Below are positions 8,895 through 17,999 of a DNA stretch of 64,000 nt, piece by piece. Positions within the stretch are counted from its first letter, which is position 1, and every line of letters starts with the position of its first letter. This stretch comes from a virus. The stretch is taken from positions 1-64,000 of the IMG/VR virus record IMGVR_UViG_3300044638_008303. The stretch is one strand, 5' to 3'. The notes beneath the pieces are model-generated. The model was not told the origin of the DNA, made no database searches, and worked only from the letters and a program-made list of their open reading frames with translations. The translations under genes and the position numbers were made by a program.

Positions 8895-9178
8895 AAAAAT
8901 TCTTTTTCAGCCGCCTGTTTTAATTCTTCAGCATCTTGATAATAACCAGCATTTGCTAAGATTGTGGGGGTATAAATAATCCAATGCTCACCTTCATCTT
9001 TCATTCGATTGTGAAAAACTCGTAAAATGGCCCCCAATTGAATTGAATCTTCTTCTGTTTTAAGTGATTCTAAAAGAGACTCAACTCCACGGGTGGCAAT
9101 TTCAGAAGGGTCAGAATCAATATTAGCCTTTATATTTTTTGACCAATCAACGCCTTCTACTGTCCATGTTACTATCAT
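8891..9178 (-). CDS. Hypothetical protein
   Basis: 95 aa ORF with ATGA coupling to the next gene. Confidence 0.7.
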   Translation of the reverse strand: MIVTWTVEGVDWSKNIKANIDSDPSEIATRGVESLLESLKTEEDSIQLGAILRVFHNRMKDEGEHWIIYTPTILANAGYYQDAEELKQAAEKEFL

Positions 9179-9187
9179 ATATTCAAT

Positions 9188-9216
9188 ATGATAGAACTAT
9201 TTTATTTATGAGTCAA
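9188..9216 (-). promoter_or_regulatory. sigma70-like promoter
   Basis: TTGACT-N17-TATCAT ending 9 nt before ATG 9178. Confidence 0.65.
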
Positions 9217-9222
9217 TAAGAT

Positions 9223-10104
9223 TTACCAACTCTTACAAGCCCAATATCTCGCTTTATATTTTGGGCCTGGGTTTGAACAATTGTGTCGGGCACGAAAACT
9301 TTTTCTGCGAGCTGGAATATTTTTTTTAATTTTCATATTCGGATCTCCGAATCTTACAATAACAACATTACCACTTTGATTCTTAACATACACGGCAAAT
9401 TTTTTAGGACCGCCTGGGGTTCGAAATGGTTTATTTAAAGTTACTTTTCTTCCTTGATATTCAGAACCTTGAGCTTTTTTCCAAGCTTCTTTTGAAGGAC
9501 GATCTTTATCTCCAGGTTTTGCTGGCTTATAATTTTTGCCTTCTCTTTTCTTTTTGCGCCTAATATTTTCCCAAAGACCTGGTCTTTCTTTTGCAATATC
9601 AATTTCTACAACATCGTTTTCATCAAATGCGACTTCTTCAGCCGTAACATATTCCGATTCTTCTGGGATATAAAGATTATCTACAGTAAGATCTTCTGCC
9701 GCAGCATCGACCTCAGACTCTTCCATTTCGTCATCATTATCTTCAACGAACATTACATAATTATGAATCGTAAGCATGTAATCTTCTGTAATTGCAATCT
9801 TTCCTTGTAACCAAGATTCCGTTAAATTTTCTTTAACCATTGGGTCATTTAAAGATTGTAAGATATTATCCGCATGCTTTTTAATTGAATTTATAGAACC
9901 AACCGACATTTCATAAAAATCATTTTTATACTCCTCTAAGCTATCAGAAGCTGCAATATTTGCATCAGCTTTTTTAAATTGGGAATAACATACGGCGGCA
10001 CGTTGTTTTTGATCAGGGAATTCTTTATTCATTATTTCGTCGCCCATACAACGAGAAACAAAATCGTCCTGTTTTTCTGATTTTTTTGGAGTAACTAAGG
10101 GCAT
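9223..10104 (-). CDS. Modular phage protein with acidic linker and basic C-terminal modules
   Basis: N-terminal FVSRCM...RAAVC module, acidic middle, GLWENIRRKK module and a VRFGDPNM...RKSFRARHNC...YWAC module. Confidence 0.75.
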   Translation of the reverse strand: MPLVTPKKSEKQDDFVSRCMGDEIMNKEFPDQKQRAAVCYSQFKKADANIAASDSLEEYKNDFYEMSVGSINSIKKHADNILQSLNDPMVKENLTESWLQGKIAITEDYMLTIHNYVMFVEDNDDEMEESEVDAAAEDLTVDNLYIPEESEYVTAEEVAFDENDVVEIDIAKERPGLWENIRRKKKREGKNYKPAKPGDKDRPSKEAWKKAQGSEYQGRKVTLNKPFRTPGGPKKFAVYVKNQSGNVVIVRFGDPNMKIKKNIPARRKSFRARHNCSNPGPKYKARYWACKSW

Positions 10105-10150
10105 AATATATAATTTACATTAATTATAAAATTCTGTACATATATAATAA

Positions 10151-10156
10151 GTGTAA
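10151..10156 (+). promoter_or_regulatory. GTGTAA motif (putative late promoter); divergent ATGTAA at 10115-10120 on the minus strand
   Basis: 9 nt before ATG 10166; the variant lies 10 nt before ATG 10104. Confidence 0.55.
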
Positions 10157-10165
10157 AAATACATA

Positions 10166-10963
10166 ATGTACGGAAGAAAAATATACGCAGATAATAGAAT
10201 TTTTATAAATAACGTAGAAATTCTAGGCGTTACTGATTTCAATAGTAATCTAGAAATTCCAACTGAATATACACGGGTGCTTGGAACATCTTATGGATCA
10301 CTAGAGAGAACTGGTCCAGATGTTAAAAATGTCAGTATTACTAAATATTTAACACCAAATGAACCATTAAGATATTTTACTGGTATACAACCTTGCAATG
10401 GTATTCTTATTTATGGTAGCAAAAATTTATCTTTTGAAAACGCTTATCTTACAAATTATAGTATGTCTTGCGCCGTTGGAGAAATAGCAGTTACACAAAC
10501 AGATTTTGAAATATATGGTAGAATTGGAGGGGATCTTCAAGTTACCCCTAGTAATTTACCACAACAGTCTACAAATCTGGACATCTCACATTTCGGGAAT
10601 ATCCATTTACAGACAAGTGAAGGTAATACAAACAGAATTGTATCTTTTGATATTTCAATTGACTGTAAAAGAGTACCTTATTATGTTTTAGGAAGTTCTT
10701 TTCCAGCGGATATTTATTTAAACAAACCTTTAGAAGTCGAATTAATTATTGGGGTGGAGGTTGATGATTACGAGTGTAATAATATTCAAACAGTTTTATG
10801 CAATTCTAAAAAGGATATCTATTTAGAATTAAAAAATTGTAATAATACAAGCACTATGGAATCATTTTTACTACCAAACGCAGTATTAACAGCCGAAAAT
10901 ATCGGCGTTAGTTTAGATAATTCCTCGCGTGTAGAATTAACTTATAAATCCTTTATTCATTAA
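10166..10963 (+). CDS. Putative tail tube/baseplate-hub-like structural protein
   Basis: Beta-rich, with two internally similar halves (FENAYLTNYS and LPNAVLTAEN). Confidence 0.55.
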   Translation: MYGRKIYADNRIFINNVEILGVTDFNSNLEIPTEYTRVLGTSYGSLERTGPDVKNVSITKYLTPNEPLRYFTGIQPCNGILIYGSKNLSFENAYLTNYSMSCAVGEIAVTQTDFEIYGRIGGDLQVTPSNLPQQSTNLDISHFGNIHLQTSEGNTNRIVSFDISIDCKRVPYYVLGSSFPADIYLNKPLEVELIIGVEVDDYECNNIQTVLCNSKKDIYLELKNCNNTSTMESFLLPNAVLTAENIGVSLDNSSRVELTYKSFIH

Positions 10964-10965
10964 TT

Positions 10966-11760
10966 ATGTCACAATTTAGCGCACAAAATGTAAAAGTCAA
11001 CTTTGGTGGAACGGAAATTTTCGCAACAAGCGTTTCTGTTGAGCAAACAAAAAGCACGGAAGCAGTTAGAACCTTGGGTAATTTTTTATCACAAGGACAA
11101 GTTCCAACGGGTCCAGTTGAAACAACAATAAGTATTGATTATCTTTTAAAAGATGGGGCAGACCCGTTTAAAACTGTTAGTGATAGTATCGCAAGTGGGC
11201 CACTAGCTTACGCACCACAGGGAACACAAGGTTTAGCTATAGCCGGAACCACTATGAATAAAATTTACATGACTTCGCATAGTGTCACAGCTGAAGCCGA
11301 AGGTCTTGTTAATGGTTCTGTAAGTTTTGTTAACTTTGCCAAAGATGGTATAAATCTTCCTAATCAAGCTCAGGGCGTTGCTTCTAAAGCCCAATCTTAT
11401 TCATTCGCACACGGTTTTTCAAGCACTGTCGCTGGTGGATCTCAAGCTGTTGGTTTTACTTATGAATGTAGTTTTGAATGGGAACCTGTACTTTTGATGG
11501 GAAAACAAGGGGAGCCAGACCAAAATGGTTTACTATTTAATGGTGGTTCTCAAAGTCTAACCGTAAGAGGAGTTGGCGCTTCGAAAAGTGTTAAATTCTG
11601 TCCACAAACAGAATCGGCAAGCGCATCAGCCGTTGCTTTAAGTTGTAGCTCCGCTGGGTCAACTCAGTACCAAGTACAAGGAGATATTACTGCTGGTGGT
11701 TTTAGTGCTCAAACAGATGGTTTCCAAGAGGGGTCTTTTACCGTAACAAAACTTCTGTAA
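10966..11760 (+). CDS. Putative tail tube-like structural protein
   Basis: Ser/Thr/Gly-rich beta protein; N-terminus parallels the previous gene. Confidence 0.5.
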   Translation: MSQFSAQNVKVNFGGTEIFATSVSVEQTKSTEAVRTLGNFLSQGQVPTGPVETTISIDYLLKDGADPFKTVSDSIASGPLAYAPQGTQGLAIAGTTMNKIYMTSHSVTAEAEGLVNGSVSFVNFAKDGINLPNQAQGVASKAQSYSFAHGFSSTVAGGSQAVGFTYECSFEWEPVLLMGKQGEPDQNGLLFNGGSQSLTVRGVGASKSVKFCPQTESASASAVALSCSSAGSTQYQVQGDITAGGFSAQTDGFQEGSFTVTKLL

Positions 11761-11762
11761 TT

Positions 11763-14297
11763 TTATTTTAAGTCTCGCATATTTTTGTAGATTTTACAAT
11801 CTTGCTTAACAATTTCATCTGCAAAAATAGCGTCAGTCCCTTTAAGACGACCCTTTACAATTACAATATCTCCTTCTTCGGGAAACTGTCCTCCGTTTTT
11901 AGCTTTACAATCTTCAAAAAGATTAAAACGCCCATCGAACATTAATACGGAAACTTTCCCAGTATCATCAGAAACAGTAGCTTTAAAAAATTTATTGCCG
12001 TTCCTTGACTTAGACTGTCTTGGCGTTTCAGTAATTTCTCCAATGATTAATACCCTATCATTATCCTCTTTTGTTTCAAAAGCATCTTTAATTGTAATAA
12101 AATTATGGTTTCCTTGTTTAAAAATACTTGTGAGATTTTCGCTATAACTAAAACCCAGACAATTCTTTTCATAAAAATAATTAGTAAGTGCTTCATTACG
12201 ACTATTTAATTCATAGATTTGCTTGTAAGACGCATATTTTTTCTTAAATGTTTCAAAACGCGATTCTTTAATTTGTTTTTTATCTACAAGCAATTGAATA
12301 ATGCTAAGGATATTTTTATTTTCGCCTTCATCGTGCAAACCCTTGACAAGACGTTTTTCTTTATCAGTCAAAAGATTGAAAGCCTGTACTTGTAAAACAA
12401 GGTGTGGACGCGAAGAACCAAGATCGTCAAGAGCCCCAGCTTGAATAAGAGATGAAACAATGCCAATATTTAATCCAGCCTGTTTTGCAGCCAAGAAACA
12501 GTCAATTTTATTATCATATTCCCCACGGAATTTAATAAGTTTTTCAATTGAGCTATCTGAAACGCCTTTAATTGCACTTAAACCATATCTGATATTTTTG
12601 CCTTCGACTGTAAATCCTATGTCTGATTTCAATAAGCTCGGCGGAAGCAATTTTATATTAAAATAAGGCAGTTCTCTCTCGATCTGTCTGATTTCATCCA
12701 TGGGATCAGGAAGCTTTTGAATAGCGTTAAGACATGCCGTAAAAAATTCCAAAGGATACTTATATTTGAGATAAACAGTCAAGGCTCCGAGATATGCTAC
12801 ACAATACGAGTGCGATTTATTAAAACTGTAGTCAGCGGAATCCAACATGACTTTCCAAATAGCTTCCGCAACCTGTTCTCCAAACCCATTCTTTTCACAG
12901 GTCTCGAAAACTTTATCTTTCCACTTGGGCATTTCATCGCGTTTCTTTTTACCAATAATACGGCGAATATATTCAGATTCGTCCGCTGTAAAACCAACTG
13001 TGACAAGAGCTTGAATTAATTGTTCTTGATAAAGAGGAAGATTACGTGTTTCTGCAAATACTGGCGCGAGTTTTTCATGTGGGGCTTCTCCACTAAAATT
13101 AATGTAATCTTTTTCGTAAGCAAGGGCTCCAGGTCGGGCTATAGCATTTACGTCACTCAAATGTGCGATATTCGCTGGCCGAATGTTTTTACAAACACGA
13201 TAAGCGCAATCCGCACTAATTTGGTATAGACCGTAAGGAAGCAAATCTTCGCGTTGAAGATGGGTATAAACCTCTGGGTTATCATCTAAATTAATATCTT
13301 CAAATTTTTCTGGAATTAATTCAAATACATTTTTAATAATTTCATTACTAATGAGCCCAAGAAGATCAAGTTTGATACCAAACTTTGCCGCAGTATTCAT
13401 TTCATAAGAAATAGTTAACTCGCCTTCTTTATTTATCTCGACGGGGGCAAACTTGTCAAGAGGATGATATGAAATGAAGTATCCACTAGCATGGGTTGAC
13501 TTACCACGAATCAATCCGCGCAATTTTAAAGCAACTTGGTAAGTTTCTGGATAACGATCAGCCCAATCGCGGAATTTTTCACTATTTTTGTAGGAATCCT
13601 CAATATCTTCAACAACTCCGAAATGCTTGCCAATAGTATCTGCCAAATGACTAGCATCTTCTTCCGAAGCCTCATTCATGATTTTAAAAGTATCTTTAAC
13701 AAGAATCTTGCCAGAAAAAGTTGAAACAGAGGAAATTTTGCAAACTTTATTCGGGTAACATTTTTTAAGCCACTCGATAATTTCGTCACGAACTCCGCCC
13801 AAGTTGATATCAACATCTGGAGCAAGATCCCCTTGAATATAAGTAATTCCATCGATTACTTCTTTTTTAGCGCGAGTCTTTGAAATAAAACGGGTAAAGA
13901 AAAGATTCTTGTCAATTGGGTCTACCCCTGTAACTCCTATTAAATAAAAGATAAGACTTCCCGCTGCAGACCCGCGACCCCAGTCAATAAAAGCCCCTAG
14001 TTGACGAGCCTTATTAATAACACGCCACACGAGAAGAAAGTAATCAATAAATCCAAGATCTTTGACAATCTCAAACTCTTCCTTAATTCTATCAAGGTAA
14101 ACTTTCTTTTTATGTTCTGGAATTTTATCACGAAACTTCTTCCACCCTTCGTTTACCAACTGTTGTAGAAATTGTTCGTTTGTCTCGGCTTTTTCGGCTA
14201 ATAAGCCTTTCTCTTCTTTTGTAAAAGAAATATTTGGCAACCTTACAAGGTTGACATTCTTCATTTCAATATTTTTAAATTGTTCTAAAAATTTCAT
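11763..14297 (-). CDS. dnaE: DNA polymerase III alpha (DnaE-type) core lacking the PHP domain
   Basis: GRGSAAGSL, PDVD, THASG, KLDLLG, YQEQ, YSFNKSH, YGLSAIKGV and a C-terminal OB fold. Confidence 0.93.
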   Translation of the reverse strand: MKFLEQFKNIEMKNVNLVRLPNISFTKEEKGLLAEKAETNEQFLQQLVNEGWKKFRDKIPEHKKKVYLDRIKEEFEIVKDLGFIDYFLLVWRVINKARQLGAFIDWGRGSAAGSLIFYLIGVTGVDPIDKNLFFTRFISKTRAKKEVIDGITYIQGDLAPDVDINLGGVRDEIIEWLKKCYPNKVCKISSVSTFSGKILVKDTFKIMNEASEEDASHLADTIGKHFGVVEDIEDSYKNSEKFRDWADRYPETYQVALKLRGLIRGKSTHASGYFISYHPLDKFAPVEINKEGELTISYEMNTAAKFGIKLDLLGLISNEIIKNVFELIPEKFEDINLDDNPEVYTHLQREDLLPYGLYQISADCAYRVCKNIRPANIAHLSDVNAIARPGALAYEKDYINFSGEAPHEKLAPVFAETRNLPLYQEQLIQALVTVGFTADESEYIRRIIGKKKRDEMPKWKDKVFETCEKNGFGEQVAEAIWKVMLDSADYSFNKSHSYCVAYLGALTVYLKYKYPLEFFTACLNAIQKLPDPMDEIRQIERELPYFNIKLLPPSLLKSDIGFTVEGKNIRYGLSAIKGVSDSSIEKLIKFRGEYDNKIDCFLAAKQAGLNIGIVSSLIQAGALDDLGSSRPHLVLQVQAFNLLTDKEKRLVKGLHDEGENKNILSIIQLLVDKKQIKESRFETFKKKYASYKQIYELNSRNEALTNYFYEKNCLGFSYSENLTSIFKQGNHNFITIKDAFETKEDNDRVLIIGEITETPRQSKSRNGNKFFKATVSDDTGKVSVLMFDGRFNLFEDCKAKNGGQFPEEGDIVIVKGRLKGTDAIFADEIVKQDCKIYKNMRDLK

Positions 14298-14926
14298 ATT
14301 TCAATTGTCAAAATTTGTTTCTTAAAAATCTCAAGACATTTTTCATTATCATAAACAGCATCGTGAGCTTTTAAATCGTTATATTCAATATCATAAAGAC
14401 CACAAAGATGTTTAACTGAAGTCTTAACTCCTTTTTTAACATAATGATACATTTGATATTGCCAAGCTGTTCTATTTTCTGGAACAGATTTTAATCCCAT
14501 GTATATACCTTTTTGAATACATTGTATATCTAAAACACGATTAAGATATGAAAAGTCTGATTTAAGACCTAAAATTCTACGCAATGTATTAATAACATAA
14601 ATATCGAATCCAAAAAGATTTGCGCCCACTATCAAATATTCTGGATTATAAAGATAGCTTTCAAAAAGTTGGAGAACTTCTTTTGGGTCTTCAGATTTTT
14701 CTTTCCAATTATTATAATCAAATCTTGTAATTCTAGCCGCATCAGCAGAAACATTCAAATCTTTCCAATAAAGCATGTGATCTTCATTTTTAACAATTTT
14801 ATGATCATCATAAACTAACCAAGAAAGTTGCCATGGTCTAGTTAAAGCTAACGCTAAAGATTCGGTTTCCGTGTCGAAAACAATATATTTTTGCTTTTTA
14901 TTAAAACGTAGAAGATTACTCTGCAT
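14294..14926 (-). CDS. DEDDh 3'-5' exonuclease (DnaQ/epsilon-like)
   Basis: FDTET, FDI and HDAVYD motifs. Confidence 0.9.
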   Translation of the reverse strand: MQSNLLRFNKKQKYIVFDTETESLALALTRPWQLSWLVYDDHKIVKNEDHMLYWKDLNVSADAARITRFDYNNWKEKSEDPKEVLQLFESYLYNPEYLIVGANLFGFDIYVINTLRRILGLKSDFSYLNRVLDIQCIQKGIYMGLKSVPENRTAWQYQMYHYVKKGVKTSVKHLCGLYDIEYNDLKAHDAVYDNEKCLEIFKKQILTIEI

Positions 14927-15668
14927 TTTCTTTCAGTGCCTCCATACAAAATTCTTGACTTCCAAAATGACGCAACTCTGGTTTTTGAAATGTCGTTCGA
15001 TTTAAAATACAACGATAAGTCATGTAGGATTTAAAATCTTTTCTCTCACGATAATAAATTGTTTTAGACGAAACGACCTCATGATCTTTAATTGTTTCTT
15101 TAATATGACTACTTAAAAGATCGTCAAATGGCAAACCATTACTTTCAATAAAGTATACTGGATCTGTAAAATCTAATTCTGGAACGCATTGCCGACCATA
15201 AAGAAGATTATAATAAACGTAAGAATCGTAAAATGGAACGGCAAGCAAAAGATTTTTACTCCAATTCTCTTTTAAAGTTTTAAAATCAAGACGAGCTTTT
15301 CCGTTATAAATTCCTTTTGTCGTAGAAATATTATGCAATTTAATTAAATCTGTAAATGAATTTTTAAGAGCAAAAATAATAAATTTACTTTCTGTAAGTT
15401 CGGACTCTGGAGTTTTATTATCAATATCTTGGCAAACGTTTACTCGATACCCAAAACGTAGATTTAAACCTGCTTTTTTTGAATTTTCATAAGCTTCTAC
15501 CATTCCAGTTAAGGTGTTATCAACAATAAAAACATCTTCAATACCATAGTCTTTACAAATATCAAATACAGAGTCGGGTTGGTTTAAAGCACGATTCTCT
15601 ATAGGAGAATATGGCTCTAAAGTAAGAACCGAACTCAAAGAGTAGTTTGATCTAAAGATTGGTAGCAT
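14916..15668 (-). CDS. Stand-alone PHP domain of Pol III alpha
   Basis: MLPIFRSNYS...L, DNTLTGMVEAY, FGYR, LIKL...RLDF. Start moved to ATG 15668. Confidence 0.78.
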   Translation of the reverse strand: MLPIFRSNYSLSSVLTLEPYSPIENRALNQPDSVFDICKDYGIEDVFIVDNTLTGMVEAYENSKKAGLNLRFGYRVNVCQDIDNKTPESELTESKFIIFALKNSFTDLIKLHNISTTKGIYNGKARLDFKTLKENWSKNLLLAVPFYDSYVYYNLLYGRQCVPELDFTDPVYFIESNGLPFDDLLSSHIKETIKDHEVVSSKTIYYRERKDFKSYMTYRCILNRTTFQKPELRHFGSQEFCMEALKENAE

Positions 15669-15676
15669 TGAACCTA

Positions 15677-15705
15677 ATATTAACAATACTTTTTTTAAAA
15701 GTCAA
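15677..15705 (-). promoter_or_regulatory. sigma70-like promoter for the polymerase genes
   Basis: TTGACT-N17-TAATAT ending 8 nt before ATG 15668. Confidence 0.6.
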
Positions 15706-16690
15706 AGTCATTATTTGATTGAGTTTGCTTCCAAGCTGGACATCCTTCATATTTTCTTACTTCAATACGATATTCGGGTTTTAAATCTTTTTCTTTAAAC
15801 TCTTCATTTGCAAAAATTGATTTAATAGTTTTACCATCTTTATCAATAAGAACTTTATACTCAATTGGATCTAAATATGGACAGCGCCATCCAGATTTTG
15901 TTTTACACATCCATTTGCGACTAAATTCGCTAGAAGCAAAATTTGAACGAGCTTTTTTTTCATCAAAGTTTTTTAGATATTCGCTAATATATTCAAGGTA
16001 ATGCTCGAAACCAATTAATTCTTCTTCATTAAAATGTGGGCATTCTCTTTCTGGATCGTCTGGATATCTTAGAAATAAGAATCTAACTAAAACATCTTTT
16101 TGTTTTTTATATTTTTTACGGAGGGCTAATGAATACATCATCCCTTGTAAATTACTTTCTAGCTCGTCGCCTCTAAAAGCTTTTTTACTAGATTTAAAAT
16201 CTCTAATAATCATTTGCTTTTTATCTTTAAAAATTCGATCAACAAATCCACCAATTCTATACTTAGGCTCTTCACTAATAATATCGAACTCCCATTCTGA
16301 ACCAATAAGTTTATAATCTCCAATAAAATCAAATTTTAAACCAACTAAAATCATCTCATCTATACATTTAAGATTAGTTATTTCCTGCCCGCTCTTTTTA
16401 AGAGGTGCGACCATTTCATCTAAATCCAATCCTTCGCGCTTGGCAGCCTTTATAATTAATTTAAAAACTGCAAGAGACTTTAGACACGTTTTGTTTTTTA
16501 CAATTTCTTTAACGTAATGCTCGTGCCGAGGATTAGCTAAGACTTCAAAAATTAAATGGGCTACAGTACCTCGCATCGCCCCTGAATTATTCTTTTGTGG
16601 CAATTTAAGATTATAATTGCAATAATACATCCAAGAACATGATTGTAATGTCTTGATTCTACTGGCTGAAAGTTTGATTAGTTCACTCAT
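15695..16690 (-). CDS. PD-(D/E)XK nuclease (RecB/AddB/Cas4-like, possible Fe-S cluster)
   Basis: LSASRI..C, GTVAH, SEWEF, GFVDR, DFKS, QGMMY and C-terminal Cys cluster. Start at ATG 16690 (ATGA overlap). Confidence 0.85.
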   Translation of the reverse strand: MSELIKLSASRIKTLQSCSWMYYCNYNLKLPQKNNSGAMRGTVAHLIFEVLANPRHEHYVKEIVKNKTCLKSLAVFKLIIKAAKREGLDLDEMVAPLKKSGQEITNLKCIDEMILVGLKFDFIGDYKLIGSEWEFDIISEEPKYRIGGFVDRIFKDKKQMIIRDFKSSKKAFRGDELESNLQGMMYSLALRKKYKKQKDVLVRFLFLRYPDDPERECPHFNEEELIGFEHYLEYISEYLKNFDEKKARSNFASSEFSRKWMCKTKSGWRCPYLDPIEYKVLIDKDGKTIKSIFANEEFKEKDLKPEYRIEVRKYEGCPAWKQTQSNNDFDF

Positions 16691-17109
16691 AATGGGTATG
16701 TCGGATCGACTTGATGACAAGAAATTCCATAGAATTTAAAAATATCTATTGATTTAGTATCTCTATTATAGAGTTCTTTAAAAATAACATGTTTAATTCC
16801 ATAAGCAGCAATATTAGTTGCACAGGAAGAACAAGGCAAAAGAGTACAAGCTAAAAGTTTGCCTTCCCCCATTTTAATTCTAGCCAAGGCATTGCTTTCT
16901 GCATGAATCATGTAAGGTCTTCTAGCATCACGATCCGCCCAAAACTCTGGAGTAACGTTTACGCCAGCAGCAAGACCATTATATGCGACAGCAAGGACTT
17001 CGTTATGATGCCCCAAAACACATGCCCCAACCTGTTGATGTGGATCTTCCGATCTACGCATAGCAATAGTGGCTAGATTCATCGCATGTTCTTCCCAAGT
17101 GCTTCTCAT
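16687..17109 (-). CDS. dCMP deaminase
   Basis: RSEDP..QVGA, HAESNA and PCSSC motifs. Confidence 0.92.
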   Translation of the reverse strand: MRSTWEEHAMNLATIAMRRSEDPHQQVGACVLGHHNEVLAVAYNGLAAGVNVTPEFWADRDARRPYMIHAESNALARIKMGEGKLLACTLLPCSSCATNIAAYGIKHVIFKELYNRDTKSIDIFKFYGISCHQVDPTYPL

Positions 17110-17999
17110 AAATTTGAATACCATTGTTGATTTTCTTCTATCGTCTGATCTCCAAAGTCATTCTTATAAGGATGAATAATATTAATTTGGGCGGGGTCAA
17201 AAAACTCTACAAGCGTTGAGCGTATCTTTGTAGCTGCTTTTTGCCCCGCCCTGTTTTCATCATTGTTGGTCGCAATGATGATACTATCGGGATCAAGACG
17301 AACCATCGCTTTTAACAGGCCTCCACCAGCCTCAGTCCCGAAAGTAATCCCAGTATTTTTAATACCACTCTCCCAAAGAGAAAGCATATCTCCAATACTT
17401 TCAACAAGAATTAATTGTTTTTTTTCTTTAATAAATTGATGGTTAAATATAAATGGGTAAGCCCATTCATTCTTACGTCCAATATGTTTCCATTTAATTT
17501 TTGATTTACCAGTTATATCTCTACCAGAAAATCCTTGAATTTTTTTACGAGCATTAAAAATTGGAAATACATATCTTTGATACATTTTACCTTCTGTACA
17601 AACACCGCCTTCAAAAACTTTTAAAGTTTTATCACTAATACCCCTTCTGTTCCAATATGACCCATCAGGTTTTAAATCAACAACGTCTTCACTAGAAAAA
17701 TATTTCACACTTTTATGAAATGGGTCTTCAACATCATTATTAAAACCAGTATAATATTTTGCTTTATCTTCTAAGATTTGCTCAACTTGTTTGATATCTT
17801 TTAGTTTTAAAGTTAACTTCAAGAATTCTTCTAAAGAAAAACTATGACCTGTAACAAAATCTTTAACCATATTTGTTTGTAGATAAATAGCTACTGATCC
17901 AGGGTCATCACCACCACGATAGCGAGCAGTACAAGTAAGATAACTACCATAGTTCCTAGGATTACACCCAGCATCTTTTAAGAGTTCTAAAAGTCTCAT
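17106..17999 (-). CDS. DnaG-like primase (TOPRIM)
   Basis: RYVFPI...GFSGR, LVESIGD and NNDENRAG; sits next to DnaB. Confidence 0.85.
   Translation of the reverse strand: MRLLELLKDAGCNPRNYGSYLTCTARYRGGDDPGSVAIYLQTNMVKDFVTGHSFSLEEFLKLTLKLKDIKQVEQILEDKAKYYTGFNNDVEDPFHKSVKYFSSEDVVDLKPDGSYWNRRGISDKTLKVFEGGVCTEGKMYQRYVFPIFNARKKIQGFSGRDITGKSKIKWKHIGRKNEWAYPFIFNHQFIKEKKQLILVESIGDMLSLWESGIKNTGITFGTEAGGGLLKAMVRLDPDSIIIATNNDENRAGQKAATKIRSTLVEFFDPAQINIIHPYKNDFGDQTIEENQQWYSNL

Noticed and set aside
15695-16690. Cas4/CRISPR adaptation gene
   Set aside because: No cas1/cas2 or array in the window; the replication context fits a recombination exonuclease.
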